Source of the DNA: Pseudomonadota bacterium
Lineage (GTDB): Bacteria > Pseudomonadota > Alphaproteobacteria > Rhodobacterales > Rhodobacteraceae
DNA: 64,000 bases
Assembly (NCBI GenBank): GCA_039821425.1
Contig: JBCBOD010000006.1
Span: 302 to 64,301, forward strand
Reading direction: 5' to 3'
Shown piece by piece: positions 1-9,089 of this stretch. Below the pieces are notes generated by a model. That model made no database searches. It was not told the origin of the DNA and worked only from the letters and a program-made list of their open reading frames with translations. The position numbers and the translations under genes are program-made. How positions within the stretch are numbered: the first letter of the stretch is position 1; every line of letters starts with the position of its first letter.

Positions 1-638
1 TGTGGCGCATCGACACGGATGATCTCTGTCTCTGGTGCCGGCTGCACGTCCTGCAGACGTTGCCTGATGAAGGCAGGCAGTTGCGGCGCAGGTTCCGGGG
101 AACCGGACCCTTCGTCATCGTCGGGCCGCATTGCGTCTGACAAGACAAGCGGCGGCAGCTCTGGTTCTTGCTCCACTTCTTCGGGCGGCGTCACTTCATC
201 GACAACGATTGGCGCCGCTTCCGCGGCAATCTTTGCCTCTGCCTGCGCCTGTGCGACAAGGCGCGCGGCCCTATCGGCCATATCCGCAGTGGCGGACTGC
301 GCCAATTGCGCGAGCAAAGCTGGTGGCGTTTCTGTTCCGACCAGCGCGTAAACACTTGGGACAAGTTCATAGAGTTCGTCGATCTCTGCGCTGGCGCGAT
401 CCGTCATCAGGATTGCGCTGATCCCCGGATTGCGCCGTTCAGCCGAGAGGGCAATCGCATGGGTCAGTTGCCCGCCAACCTCTTCCTCCATCACCAGAAG
501 ATCGAGCGTATCAATCCGGATCAGCGCATGCGCCACGGTCTGAGATTGCAGGCAGAGCACCTGAAAACCTTTCTCGGTCAAGGCATGGGCGGTGGCGACG
601 GACGCGTCCGGGTCCGCACGAAGGATAAGGGCTTTCAT
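1..638 (-). CDS. CheY-like receiver-domain protein, N-terminal part only (gene runs off the left edge)
   Basis: ATG at 638-636 is preceded by AGGAGA. The frame stays open to base 1, so it has no stop in the window and is absent from the ORF track. MKALILRADPD...LDLLVMEEE...AILMTD follows the beta/alpha pattern of a receiver domain. An Ala/Glu/Pro-rich linker follows. Confidence 0.6.
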   Translation of the reverse strand, partial: MKALILRADPDASVATAHALTEKGFQVLCLQSQTVAHALIRIDTLDLLVMEEEVGGQLTHAIALSAERRNPGISAILMTDRASAEIDELYELVPSVYALVGTETPPALLAQLAQSATADMADRAARLVAQAQAEAKIAAEAAPIVVDEVTPPEEVEQEPELPPLVLSDAMRPDDDEGSGSPEPAPQLPAFIRQRLQDVQPAPETEIIRVDAP

Positions 639-785
639 CGGATTCTCCTGATTGGTGGCAGCACCCGGTGACACTACGAATCCAACCCTTAAATTTTGCT
701 GAAAAGTCACACTGCCCGCGCGCCGCTCTTGGCCCGCCACAGCGAACCCCCTATAGAGCAACGAGAAAATCAAGGAACGCGACCC

Positions 786-1373
786 ATGCGGACAGCAACG
801 ATCACGCGCAAGACCGCCGAGACGGATATCACGGTCACCATCGATCTCGATGGCACAGGCACCTACGACAACCAGACCGGTGTGGGCTTCTTTGACCATA
901 TGCTGGATCAGCTGTCACGCCATGCGCTGATCGACATGACCATCCGTGCGACTGGTGATCTGCATATTGATGATCACCACACGGTGGAGGATGTGGGCAT
1001 CGCGCTAGGCCAAGCCCTGACAGAAGCGCTAGGCGACAAGCGCGGCATCCGCCGCTATGGCAGCTGTCATTTGGCGATGGATGACGCGCAGGTGCGCTGC
1101 GCGCTAGATCTCTCTGCCCGCCCCTATCTGATCTGCAATCTCGACCTGCCGTTCGGCAAGATCGGCACGTTCGACACTGAACTGGTGCGCGAGTTCTTTC
1201 AGGCGCTCAGCACCCATGGTGGTATTACGCTGCACATCGACAAGCTGCACGGCTTCAACGCGCACCATATCGCCGAGGCCGCGTTCAAAGCGGTTGCGCG
1301 CGCCCTGCGCGAAGCGGTTGAAACCGACCCACGCAAGGCGGACGCCATCCCGTCAACCAAGGGCAGCCTATGA
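786..1373 (+). CDS. hisB: imidazoleglycerol-phosphate dehydratase
   Basis: ORF 696..1373. The internal ATG at 786 gives [15 protein letters not shown]..., with [14 protein letters not shown] and [13 protein letters not shown] motifs. ATGA overlap with hisH. Confidence 0.93.
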   Translation: MRTATITRKTAETDITVTIDLDGTGTYDNQTGVGFFDHMLDQLSRHALIDMTIRATGDLHIDDHHTVEDVGIALGQALTEALGDKRGIRRYGSCHLAMDDAQVRCALDLSARPYLICNLDLPFGKIGTFDTELVREFFQALSTHGGITLHIDKLHGFNAHHIAEAAFKAVARALREAVETDPRKADAIPSTKGSL

Positions 1374-2008
1374 CAACCGCGCTCGTCGATTACGACAGCG
1401 GCAATCTGCACTCTGCCCAGAAGGCGTTTGAGCTGATGGCGGCAGAAGTGAGTGCTGGCCCGATCGTTGTGACGTCGGACCCGGATGTCGTGGCACAGGC
1501 CGACCGCGTGGTCTTGCCGGGCGATGGTGCCTTCCCCCACTGCCGGGAAGAGCTTTATGCGCGCACCGGGCTTGCCGAAGCGATCACCGAGGCCGTTACC
1601 ACGCGCGCGCGCCCTTTCATGGGCATCTGTGTGGGCATGCAGATGATGGCGACCACGGGTCATGAATATGAAGAAACGCCGGGCTTCGGATGGGTCGCCG
1701 GTGATATCCGCCGCATCACGCCAGTCGACCCTGCGCTAAAGGTCCCCCACATGGGCTGGAACGACCTGATCATCGACACCCCGCACCCCGTGCTGGAAGG
1801 AATCGCGACAGGGGATCACACCTATTTCGTCCATTCCTACGCGATGGAGGTCACAGATCCCGGCGAAAGACTGGCCCATGTCGACTATGGCGGCGCTGTC
1901 ACTGCGATCATTGGGCGGGATACGATGATCGGCACGCAGTTCCATCCAGAGAAAAGCCAGGCCGCCGGCCTGCGGATGATCGGCAACTTTCTGCAGTGGA
2001 CACCCTGA
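1370..2008 (+). CDS. hisH: imidazole glycerol phosphate synthase, glutamine amidotransferase subunit
   Basis: [16 protein letters not shown]-terminus, GICVGMQ nucleophile elbow, FHPEKS C-terminal motif. Translationally coupled to hisB. Confidence 0.93.
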   Translation: MTTALVDYDSGNLHSAQKAFELMAAEVSAGPIVVTSDPDVVAQADRVVLPGDGAFPHCREELYARTGLAEAITEAVTTRARPFMGICVGMQMMATTGHEYEETPGFGWVAGDIRRITPVDPALKVPHMGWNDLIIDTPHPVLEGIATGDHTYFVHSYAMEVTDPGERLAHVDYGGAVTAIIGRDTMIGTQFHPEKSQAAGLRMIGNFLQWTP

Positions 2009-2086
2009 CGGGACGTCGGCGCTATTGAATAGCGGCGCTGTTCGCCCGACACTCAGCGCAAAGAAAACACAGAGCAGGACCACCCC

Positions 2087-2566
2087 ATGAACCGTCGCCA
2101 TCTGATACTGGCGCTGGCTGCCGTTGCCACTGGCGCGTGCAGCCGCCGCCGTGAAAGCACATCCTCGCAACCCGTCAGCCGGGCCGCCGACAACATCCCG
2201 CTTTACCCGAATGAAACGCCGGAACTGCGCGCGCTGATCAACCGATACGCGGATGTTCACGGCATCCCGGTCACCTTGTTGCATCGGGTCATCGTGCGCG
2301 AAAGCACCCACAACCCCGCCGCCCGCAACGGGCCCTACATGGGGCTAATGCAAATCCATCCACAGACAGCGGCCAGCATGGGCTACCGCGGATCACCAGA
2401 AGGCCTGCTCGATGCCGAAACCAACCTAATCTACGCCGGGCGGTACCTGCGCGGTGCATGGCTCGTCTCTGGCGGGGATGAGGCGGCGGCGGTCAGCTGG
2501 TACGCGCGCGGGTACTATTTTGAAGCCAAGCGGCTCGGCCTTCTGGAAGAAACCGGGCTGCGCTGA
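2087..2566 (+). CDS. lytic transglycosylase (SLT) domain lipoprotein
   Basis: Lipobox-like ATGAC after a signal sequence. ESTHNP...GLMQI...Y pattern is typical of the SLT catalytic domain. Confidence 0.75.
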   Translation: MNRRHLILALAAVATGACSRRRESTSSQPVSRAADNIPLYPNETPELRALINRYADVHGIPVTLLHRVIVRESTHNPAARNGPYMGLMQIHPQTAASMGYRGSPEGLLDAETNLIYAGRYLRGAWLVSGGDEAAAVSWYARGYYFEAKRLGLLEETGLR

Positions 2567-2572
2567 CGAAAA

Positions 2573-2594
2573 GGGCGCGTTTGATGACGCGCCC
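2573..2594. terminator. 8-bp GC hairpin between convergent genes
   Basis: gggcgcgt-ttgatg-acgcgccc sits 7 nt after the SLT stop and 24 nt from the DUF2147 stop. There is no clear U-tract, so function as a terminator is inferred. Confidence 0.45.
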
Positions 2595-2617
2595 CACAAC
2601 CGTTCTTGACGGTCGGA

Positions 2618-3007
2618 TTACTGCACGCGCACCCATGTCCCGCCGTCGCGGCAAATCCCGAAGACGCAGCCAGAGACGGCCAACTGATTGCCTGTCAGGC
2701 GCAGGCGTGAATTGTAGGTGCGGCCCCGGTCAGGCGAAAACACCTTGCCCCGGTATTCACCACCGCCCTGCGCCACAGTTTCAGAGATGATCTGAATCCC
2801 GATGTTTTCCGAGTCCATCTGGTTGTTGTTGGCGTCATAGGACCGTACCAGCGTGCCGCAAAGTGCCGCGCCGCATGGTGCAACCTCAATATGGCCGAAG
2901 TTGCCGTTGTCATCGCGCGATGTCTGCCAGGTGCCCAAAAGCGGTTCAGCATATGCAGCGCCGGTCATCGCCAGGACGGCTGCGGCGGCCAGTGCGAGTT
3001 TCTTCAT
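2618..3007 (-). CDS. DUF2147-type secreted protein
   Basis: Signal peptide MKKLALAAAAVLAMTGAAYA. GTWQT...G.IEVAPCG..LCGTLV...GKVFSPDRGRTYNSRLRL.GNQL.VSGCV pattern matches DUF2147. Confidence 0.7.
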   Translation of the reverse strand: MKKLALAAAAVLAMTGAAYAEPLLGTWQTSRDDNGNFGHIEVAPCGAALCGTLVRSYDANNNQMDSENIGIQIISETVAQGGGEYRGKVFSPDRGRTYNSRLRLTGNQLAVSGCVFGICRDGGTWVRVQ

Positions 3008-3141
3008 GATTTCTCCTCCCGAAAACTGACCAGATCATGCCCAGCGCACGCCCGTGCAATCAAGACTGACGTTGGGTCGAACCAGTCGTTTGCAATCGTG
3101 GACGGCCCGTGCCAGATGAACGCAAAAGCAAAAGGTGCGCC

Positions 3142-3858
3142 ATGATCCTCTACCCCGCGATTGACCTCAAAGACGGAAATGCCGTGCGGTTGGTACATGG
3201 TGATATGGACCAGACGACCGTGTTCAACGATGACCCGGCAGCCCAGGCCAAGGCCTTTGTCGCGGCGGGCTGCGAATGGCTGCATCTGGTGGATCTGAAC
3301 GGTGCCTTTGCGGGGGAGCCCGTCAACGCCGCCCCGGTCGAGGCCATCCTTGCGGCCTGTGACGTACCGGCCCAGTTGGGCGGCGGCATCCGTGACATGG
3401 CGACCATTGAACGCTGGCTGGACAAGGGCCTCGCCCGTGTGATCCTGGGCACTGTCGCGGTGGAAAACCCTGATCTGGTGCGCGAGGCGGCCAAGGCCTT
3501 TCCTGGAAAGGTCGCCGTTGGGCTGGATGCCCGCAACGGCAAAGTCGCGACGCGTGGTTGGGCCGAGGAGACAGATATGATGGTCACCGACCTCGCCAAA
3601 TCCTTCGAGGACGCAGGCATCGCCGCCATCATCTACACCGACATCCTGCGCGACGGTGCGATGAAAGGGCCGAACATTGGCGCCACAGCCGCACTCGCCC
3701 GTGCTGTCGATATTCCAGTGATCGCCTCTGGCGGCGTGTCATCGCTGGATGATCTGATTGCGCTGCGGGACACCGGCGTGATCTCCGGCGCGATTTCGGG
3801 CCGCGCACTTTATGACGGGGCGATTGATTTGGGGGGTGCGTTGGAGGCCTTGAACTGA
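3142..3858 (+). CDS. hisA: 1-(5-phosphoribosyl)-5-[(5-phosphoribosylamino)methylideneamino]imidazole-4-carboxamide isomerase
   Basis: ORF 3109..3858. The internal ATG gives [17 protein letters not shown], with LHLVDLNGA and VIASGGVSS motifs. Confidence 0.92.
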   Translation: MILYPAIDLKDGNAVRLVHGDMDQTTVFNDDPAAQAKAFVAAGCEWLHLVDLNGAFAGEPVNAAPVEAILAACDVPAQLGGGIRDMATIERWLDKGLARVILGTVAVENPDLVREAAKAFPGKVAVGLDARNGKVATRGWAEETDMMVTDLAKSFEDAGIAAIIYTDILRDGAMKGPNIGATAALARAVDIPVIASGGVSSLDDLIALRDTGVISGAISGRALYDGAIDLGGALEALN

Positions 3859-3937
3859 CCTGCACCATCATCTCGCCAAAAATACGCAAACAACACGGAC
3901 GCTTGCCGTGACCCGGCCACCCGCCTAGAAGACATTC

Positions 3938-4699
3938 ATGTTGAAAACCCGCATCATCCCCTGTCTCGACGTGGCCGAAGGCCGCGTGGTCAAAGGTGTG
4001 AACTTCGTCGACCTGGTGGACGCAGGCGATCCGGTGGATGCTGCGATTGCCTACAATGCGGCGGGCGCGGATGAATTGTGTTTTCTCGACATCATGGCGA
4101 CCGAAGAAAACCGCGGCACGATGTTCGATCTCGCGACCCGCACGGCAGAGCAGTGCTTTATGCCACTGACCATCGGCGGCGGCGTGCGGACGCACCATGA
4201 TGTGCGCAACCTGCTGCTGGCAGGCGCGGACAAGGTCAGCTTCAACTCCGCCGCTGTTGCCAACCCTAATGTCGTGTCCGAGGCCGCGATGCGCTTTGGC
4301 TCACAGTGCATTGTCGTGGCGATTGATGCCAAGACGGTAGAGCCAGGCCGGTGGGAGATCTTCACCCACGGCGGGCGCCGCGCGACGGGGATCGATGCGG
4401 TAGAATTCGCGCGGACCGTCGTCGAGAAGGGCGCGGGGGAAATCCTGCTGACCTCGATGGACCGCGACGGGACCAAGGCAGGGTTCAACCTGCCTCTGAC
4501 CCGCGCAATTTCCGATGCAGTCGACGTGCCGGTCATTGCCTCAGGTGGGGTTGGCACGTTAGATCACCTTGTTGAGGGCGTGACAGAGGGCGGTGCTTCC
4601 GCGGTCCTTGCCGCCTCCATCTTCCACTTCGGCACCTACACGATTGGCGAAGCCAAGGCGCATATGGCCGCGGCAGGCATCCCGGTAAGGCTAACATGA
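3938..4699 (+). CDS. hisF: imidazole glycerol phosphate synthase, cyclase subunit
   Basis: [24 protein letters not shown] and [15 protein letters not shown] motifs. Confidence 0.94.
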   Translation: MLKTRIIPCLDVAEGRVVKGVNFVDLVDAGDPVDAAIAYNAAGADELCFLDIMATEENRGTMFDLATRTAEQCFMPLTIGGGVRTHHDVRNLLLAGADKVSFNSAAVANPNVVSEAAMRFGSQCIVVAIDAKTVEPGRWEIFTHGGRRATGIDAVEFARTVVEKGAGEILLTSMDRDGTKAGFNLPLTRAISDAVDVPVIASGGVGTLDHLVEGVTEGGASAVLAASIFHFGTYTIGEAKAHMAAAGIPVRLT

Positions 4700-5007
4700 C
4701 ATTAGATGAGCTCGCCCAGATCATTGCCGCCCGCAAAAGTGCTGACCCTGAAAGCAGTTGGACGGCAAAGCTGTTGTCCAACGGCCCCGAGAAATGCGCG
4801 GAGAAATTTGGGGAAGAAGCGGTTGAAGCGATCATCGAAGCGGTCAAAGGGGACCGCGCGCGGCTGACGTCAGAGGCGGCAGATGTGCTCTATCATCTGC
4901 TTGTCATGCTGGCCGCACGTGATGTTGACTTGGCGGATGTGATGTCAGAGCTGGAAGCGCGGCAAGGCCAGTCCGGCATCTCCGAGAAGGCTGGACGCAA
5001 AACCTAG
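4696..5007 (+). CDS. hisE: phosphoribosyl-ATP pyrophosphatase
   Basis: SWTAKLL..G..K...K.GEEA.E...A and [13 protein letters not shown] motifs. ATGA overlap with hisF. Confidence 0.9.
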   Translation: MTLDELAQIIAARKSADPESSWTAKLLSNGPEKCAEKFGEEAVEAIIEAVKGDRARLTSEAADVLYHLLVMLAARDVDLADVMSELEARQGQSGISEKAGRKT

Positions 5008-6347
5008 GCTGACTTCGTCACCCAGGTGAACAACCCTTTCGACGTCACCTTCTGCTCTTCTTCCTGAGCCGCCTTGCGCAGCTCTTCCGCGATCCGGCGT
5101 TGCTCTTCCTCTTCCTGCTGCTTGGCAAGGCGCTGCTCTTCGGCCCAGCGTGCAAGCTCTTTCTGACGGGCGGCCTCTGCAGCGGCACGTTCTTCGGCCT
5201 TCTTGCGCTCGGCGAATTCCAGCGTTTCGCGATTGAACTCTTCCACCCACTCCGGGCGGCTCTTGTTGTTGGCAGGCTGTTGCTTTGGCTTTGCCGCTTC
5301 GGGCTGGGGTTCAGTCAACTCGCTGAACACGTGCTTGTTGGTCTCTTCGATCAACTGGCTTAGCGATTTGGTCAGGCTCCGGCTTTCCGGTATCTGCACC
5401 ATCTTGACCATCTTGCTGTCCTGCTCGATCAGGGTCAGCCATTCTTTTGCGGATTGCACGCGGTCCTTTGGCGCGACGGACATTGCCCGGTCGATCGCTT
5501 CGAGGAACGCCTTCTCATACTGTGGGAACCGCCCGGTGAGCGGCACAAACGGGTCCTCATCCCCGCTCGCCATCGTCGCTACGCGATCTTGGCTGTTGGG
5601 CGGCGCTTCGCGCGAAATCAGGTGATAGAGCGTCGCGCCAAGCGCGTAGAGGTCACTGGACGGGCCTTGCTTGCCACCTGTGACGTAGAATTCATGGGGT
5701 GAGTAGCCATCTTTCACCACAAGCATGGTGGAGACGTCGTTCGTTTTCTTGCTCGCATCTTCACGCGCCGCGCCGAAATCGATCAGCGTCGGGCTGCCCC
5801 ATTTGTCCAGCAGAATGTTGTCAGGCGAGATATCGCGGTGAAGCAGATCGTTCTTGTGCACCAGATCAATCGCATCCAGCGTTTTGACGGCGATCTCACG
5901 CACCTGATCGGGGCTCAGAACATCATCCTCATCATCAATGATATCGGCCAGATCGCGGCCGTGGATCATGTCGAGCACCATATAGGCGGTCGCGTTTTCC
6001 TCAAAGACGTGGTGGACGGTCACGATATTGGGGTGGCGCATCTTCGCGATGCTCCGCGCCTCCAGCATGAACATCTGCACGGTCTTGCTATACTGTGCCT
6101 CAAACTTCGGCGAGCTGACCCGGACATCATTGCCGAACCGCAGGCAGAACGCCTCGGGATAGCATTCCTTGATCACGACAGCGCGGTTCAAAAAGACATC
6201 GGTGGCCAGATAGGTAATCCCGAAGCCACCAGCGCCCACTTGACGCTCAATCCGGAACTTCCCCCCTTCAAGCAGAGTCCCTTCAGGAAGGGACGGCACG
6301 ACGACGTCGTAAGTCTCCTCAGGGTTGATGATCCGGGTTTCTTCCAT
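5004..6347 (-). CDS. Hanks-type Ser/Thr protein kinase with Glu/Lys/Ala-rich coiled-coil C-terminus
   Basis: GAGGFGITY (G-loop), VVIKE (Lys), LHRDISPDNILL (catalytic loop), IDFGAA (DFG), YSPHEF (APE-like). The tail is ...AEERAAAEAARQKELARWAEEQRLAKQQEEEEQRRIAEELRK. Start moved from 6452 to the ATG at 6347 (MEETRIINPEE), because the upstream 35 codons are Cys-rich and non-protein-like. Confidence 0.85.
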   Translation of the reverse strand: MEETRIINPEETYDVVVPSLPEGTLLEGGKFRIERQVGAGGFGITYLATDVFLNRAVVIKECYPEAFCLRFGNDVRVSSPKFEAQYSKTVQMFMLEARSIAKMRHPNIVTVHHVFEENATAYMVLDMIHGRDLADIIDDEDDVLSPDQVREIAVKTLDAIDLVHKNDLLHRDISPDNILLDKWGSPTLIDFGAAREDASKKTNDVSTMLVVKDGYSPHEFYVTGGKQGPSSDLYALGATLYHLISREAPPNSQDRVATMASGDEDPFVPLTGRFPQYEKAFLEAIDRAMSVAPKDRVQSAKEWLTLIEQDSKMVKMVQIPESRSLTKSLSQLIEETNKHVFSELTEPQPEAAKPKQQPANNKSRPEWVEEFNRETLEFAERKKAEERAAAEAARQKELARWAEEQRLAKQQEEEEQRRIAEELRKAAQEEEQKVTSKGLFTWVTKSA

Positions 6348-6529
6348 GACTGATCCGAGCGTTGGCAAGATTTGGCAGCAACAGAAAACTCGTCTCGTAA
6401 CCTGACCATAAAGAGTTCGCAGACGCAGACAGTCAAACGACAAGATCGTCAAATTTGACCCGTACGCCCAGGATTAACCTTTAGCGAACCGTAACAATCA
6501 TTACCGGAAACTCAGTATGTTGGACCGTT

Positions 6530-6554
6530 AACGCCCGTTCAGCAGAATCGTTCC
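6530..6554 (-). promoter_or_regulatory. candidate EcfG-type (general stress sigma factor) promoter GGAAC-N16-CGTT
   Basis: The minus strand reads GGAACgattctgctgaacgggCGTT, about 180 nt upstream of the kinase ATG and pointing towards it. Motif match only. Confidence 0.3.
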
Positions 6555-6632
6555 AACCGATGAAAAGATAATATTATTCTTCATGGCTGAAGTGCGCCCG
6601 CAATGTGTCCGAAACCGGGCGGAAACTTTAAC

Positions 6633-7058
6633 TCAAGATGAACTCATCAGCCGTGGATACTCAATCATAGGGCATCTGTCCTCGACCACATCAACGCCGC
6701 GCTCGCCCGCAATTCTTGCGGCTTCGGCGTGTCTGATCCCCAGCTGCATCCAAATCGTCTGCAGGTTGTCCCATCGCGCCAAAGCCTGTGATACAACGGA
6801 TGGCACGTCCTCGGACCGCCTAAAAATATCCACCATGTCGACATCATCCGGAACCGAACTCAGATCGGGATAGACACGTTCACCCAGAAATCCCTGCCCC
6901 GCAAGGCCAGGGTTGACCGGAATGACGCGGTATCCCTTCTGTTTGAGAAATGCCGAGACGTAGTGACTGGGGCGTTCGGGCTTGGCGGAGTAGCCGACCA
7001 CGGCAATTGTTCGCGTCCGTTGGAAAATTGTTTCCAAAAGTGAATCTATCGTGCTCAC
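6633..7058 (-). CDS. CoA-binding domain protein (YccU-like)
   Basis: TIAVVGYSAKPERPSHYV...GYRVIPVNP motif. GTG start preceded by AAGGAGG. Confidence 0.8.
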   Translation of the reverse strand: MSTIDSLLETIFQRTRTIAVVGYSAKPERPSHYVSAFLKQKGYRVIPVNPGLAGQGFLGERVYPDLSSVPDDVDMVDIFRRSEDVPSVVSQALARWDNLQTIWMQLGIRHAEAARIAGERGVDVVEDRCPMIEYPRLMSSS

Positions 7059-7086
7059 TGCAGCCTCCTTTGCGCCTTAACGATTA

Positions 7087-7115
7087 ACAAAAAAGCGCCC
7101 GGATTATCCGGGCGC
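7087..7115 (-). terminator. rho-independent terminator after the YHS-domain gene
   Basis: Perfect 9-bp stem gcgcccgga/tccgggcgc with a 3-nt loop. On the minus strand it is followed by TTTTTTGTT. Confidence 0.75.
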
Positions 7116-7226
7116 AAGGTGTGGAACGAGGGACAGTGAGATATAGCGCGCCAGTTCCAAAGCAGCGCTATGGTGAAAATGTGGTGACCGGCTTGCCTGC
7201 AATGAAGTCCGCTCCGGCAAATGTGA

Positions 7227-7673
7227 TCACAACGTCAGGGCACTTGGCCAATGGGCATCCGCCTCGGCAACAAACTGGTCTGGTTGGCGTACCCAGCGGT
7301 CGCGGGCCAGCGTTGAATGCATCAGATAGAGCTTGCCATCGTACAACGCCCAGGCCTCCGGGGTGATGTCGGACAAGGCGCCAGAGGTCATGGCCATCGC
7401 GCAGTGGCCGCCATACTGCGGCGCGAAGGCGTGGGGGTCATGCTCAAAAATCATCTGGTTGCGCGCGCTGGCAAAGCGCCAGATCGCGTTGTGCCACATC
7501 AGCCGGTGGGCGTTCTGCCCGTCAAGCGGGCCACTGGCATTGAAGTAGCTGACGGGGTCATAGCCATGCAGCGCCATGCCGTTCTGCGTCACCACCCGCG
7601 ACCGCTCGGCAAGCGCCGGTGTCGCAAGGGGTGCGATCAACAGAAACTGCAAAAGATGACGGCGGGTGAACAT
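7227..7673 (-). CDS. YHS-domain periplasmic protein (Cys form of a family that includes selenoproteins)
   Basis: Tat-like signal MFTRRHLLQFLL...ALA. HGYDPVSYF and YGGHCAMAM motifs. Confidence 0.7.
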   Translation of the reverse strand: MFTRRHLLQFLLIAPLATPALAERSRVVTQNGMALHGYDPVSYFNASGPLDGQNAHRLMWHNAIWRFASARNQMIFEHDPHAFAPQYGGHCAMAMTSGALSDITPEAWALYDGKLYLMHSTLARDRWVRQPDQFVAEADAHWPSALTL

Positions 7674-7767
7674 TCCAGGGGCTCTCGATGCGTTGCCCAG
7701 TGAATGTGCCTACCTGAGTGCGGTCTGCCTAGCCACCTCGCTCAGGCGTGAAATCCGGTTACAGATC

Positions 7768-8091
7768 TCAATCAAAGATTTCATCCACGACGTCCTCGAC
7801 GAAATCCCAAAACTCAGACATCACTTTGCGGCGCAAGCCCTTTGGCTTCTTGCGTTTTTTATACTTGTAGTCGCGGTAGTCTGGCCGCTGTTCCCCACGT
7901 CGGCGTTCGGAAGGACGCACGTTGTCCCTGTCGATCTTGTGGTTCGCCGTTTTGGATTTCGGTAACACTTTCATCGCACGCAGCGGCGCGCCACAGTTGC
8001 CACATGTCAACTCGTGCGACGTCTTCCCGCGCAGAACCAGCGCCGCTTTGGTGCCGCAGTAGCAGCAGGTCGCGATTTTCGTGGCAGCCAT
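7768..8091 (-). CDS. small zinc-ribbon protein with basic centre and acidic tail (function unknown)
   Basis: CCYCG...CGNCG forms two CxxC pairs. Then RRRGEQRPDYRDYKYKKRKKPKGLRRK, then EFWDFVEDVVDEIFD. It starts 3 nt after the stop of the methyltransferase gene. Confidence 0.65.
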   Translation of the reverse strand: MAATKIATCCYCGTKAALVLRGKTSHELTCGNCGAPLRAMKVLPKSKTANHKIDRDNVRPSERRRGEQRPDYRDYKYKKRKKPKGLRRKVMSEFWDFVEDVVDEIFD

Positions 8092-8094
8092 GGA

Positions 8095-8883
8095 TCAGTC
8101 CGTTGTTTCGTCTCTGACTGCATATAGGGCGACCGCGGCGGCATTTGAGACGTTGAGTGAGGCAAATTGCGCCGCGGCGGGGATCTTGACCAACGCGTCG
8201 CAGGTTTCGCGGGTTTTTTCGCGCAGGCCCGGCCCCTCGGCGCCCAGTACGATGGCAACAGCCCGGTCGCGCTTGCCTGCGACGGCCGTCTCGATACTGG
8301 CATCGGCCTCGCCATCCAGTCCCAGCACCAGATAGCCCATCTCTTGTAACGACGTGATCGCGTCAGCAAGGTTGCGAACACGGACATAAGGCTGCCGTTC
8401 CAGCGCCCCACTCGCCGTCTTTGCCAATGCCCCGGTTTCCGGGGCCGCGTGTCGATGCACGGCCACAACGGCCCGCGCACCGAACACTTCCGCCGAGCGC
8501 AGGATCGCACCGACGTTATGCGGGTCCGTTACACGGTCGAGCAGCACCACGCGTGGCGGCATCGGCCCTTCACCGCCAGCCAGTTCCGGCAATCCGCCCC
8601 AATCGAGCGGGCGTACTTCCAAAGCAGCACCCTGATGCACCGATTGCGGATCAAGCGGCGCTGCAAACTTGCGCGGGTCCGAGATTTCGGGCGTGAGCCC
8701 GCTCTGCGCGACCACATCGCCCAGCCGTTCGAGCGCATTGCGGGTGACCACAAGGCGCCGCTTGTCGCGCCGCGGGTTTTGCAGCGCATCCCGCACCGCA
8801 TGCAGGCCAAAGAGCCAGACCGTTTCGCTGGCAGCGACCCGTTTTGCCTGTTCCTTGGCGATAACCCACTTTGGCTTTTTCAT
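8095..8883 (-). CDS. rlmB: TrmH/SpoU-family rRNA 2'-O-methyltransferase (RlmB-like)
   Basis: LLDRVTDPHNVGAILRSAEVFGA, VLGAEGPGLR and SLNVSNAAAVALY SpoU motifs. An N-terminal substrate-binding-type extension is present. Confidence 0.8.
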   Translation of the reverse strand: MKKPKWVIAKEQAKRVAASETVWLFGLHAVRDALQNPRRDKRRLVVTRNALERLGDVVAQSGLTPEISDPRKFAAPLDPQSVHQGAALEVRPLDWGGLPELAGGEGPMPPRVVLLDRVTDPHNVGAILRSAEVFGARAVVAVHRHAAPETGALAKTASGALERQPYVRVRNLADAITSLQEMGYLVLGLDGEADASIETAVAGKRDRAVAIVLGAEGPGLREKTRETCDALVKIPAAAQFASLNVSNAAAVALYAVRDETTD

Positions 8884-8966
8884 CTCATGCCCCTGCCCTG
8901 CAACCGCCCCGCGATAGCCGGAATTTCCGCCACTGTGAAGGGCTGCCCCAGCCCATGATTTTGCGG

Positions 8967-8995
8967 TTGACGGCCCATAGGCCCACAGGTAATCA
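8967..8995 (+). promoter_or_regulatory. candidate sigma-70 promoter for tRNA-Tyr
   Basis: TTGACG - 17 nt - TAATCA, ending about 10 nt before the first tRNA base. Confidence 0.45.
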
Positions 8996-9005
8996 GCCCG
9001 TCAGT

Positions 9006-9089
9006 GGGCGACAGGCCGCAAGGTGTGGCAGGGGACTGTAACTCCCTCGAGGCGACTCACGCCTGGTTCGATTCCAGGGTCGCCCACCA
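9006..9089 (+). tRNA. tRNA-Tyr (anticodon GTA), CCA encoded
   Basis: Acceptor stem GGGCGAC/GTCGCCC, anticodon stem GGGGA/TCCCT with loop CTGTAAC, long variable arm (class II), T-arm CCTGG-TTCGATT-CCAGG, discriminator A + CCA, then TTTTT. Confidence 0.9.

Noticed and set aside
19-671. Three overlapping plus-strand ORFs at the left edge (19..351, 131..421, 168..671)
   Set aside because: Their translations are Ser/Gly/Ala/Arg low-complexity. The minus strand carries an open frame with a strong RBS and a receiver-domain pattern that explains the region.
6506-6529. Plus-strand GGAAAC-N15-CGTT next to the minus-strand EcfG-type match
   Set aside because: The -35 is imperfect (GGAAAC), the spacing is wrong, and no plus-strand gene lies downstream.
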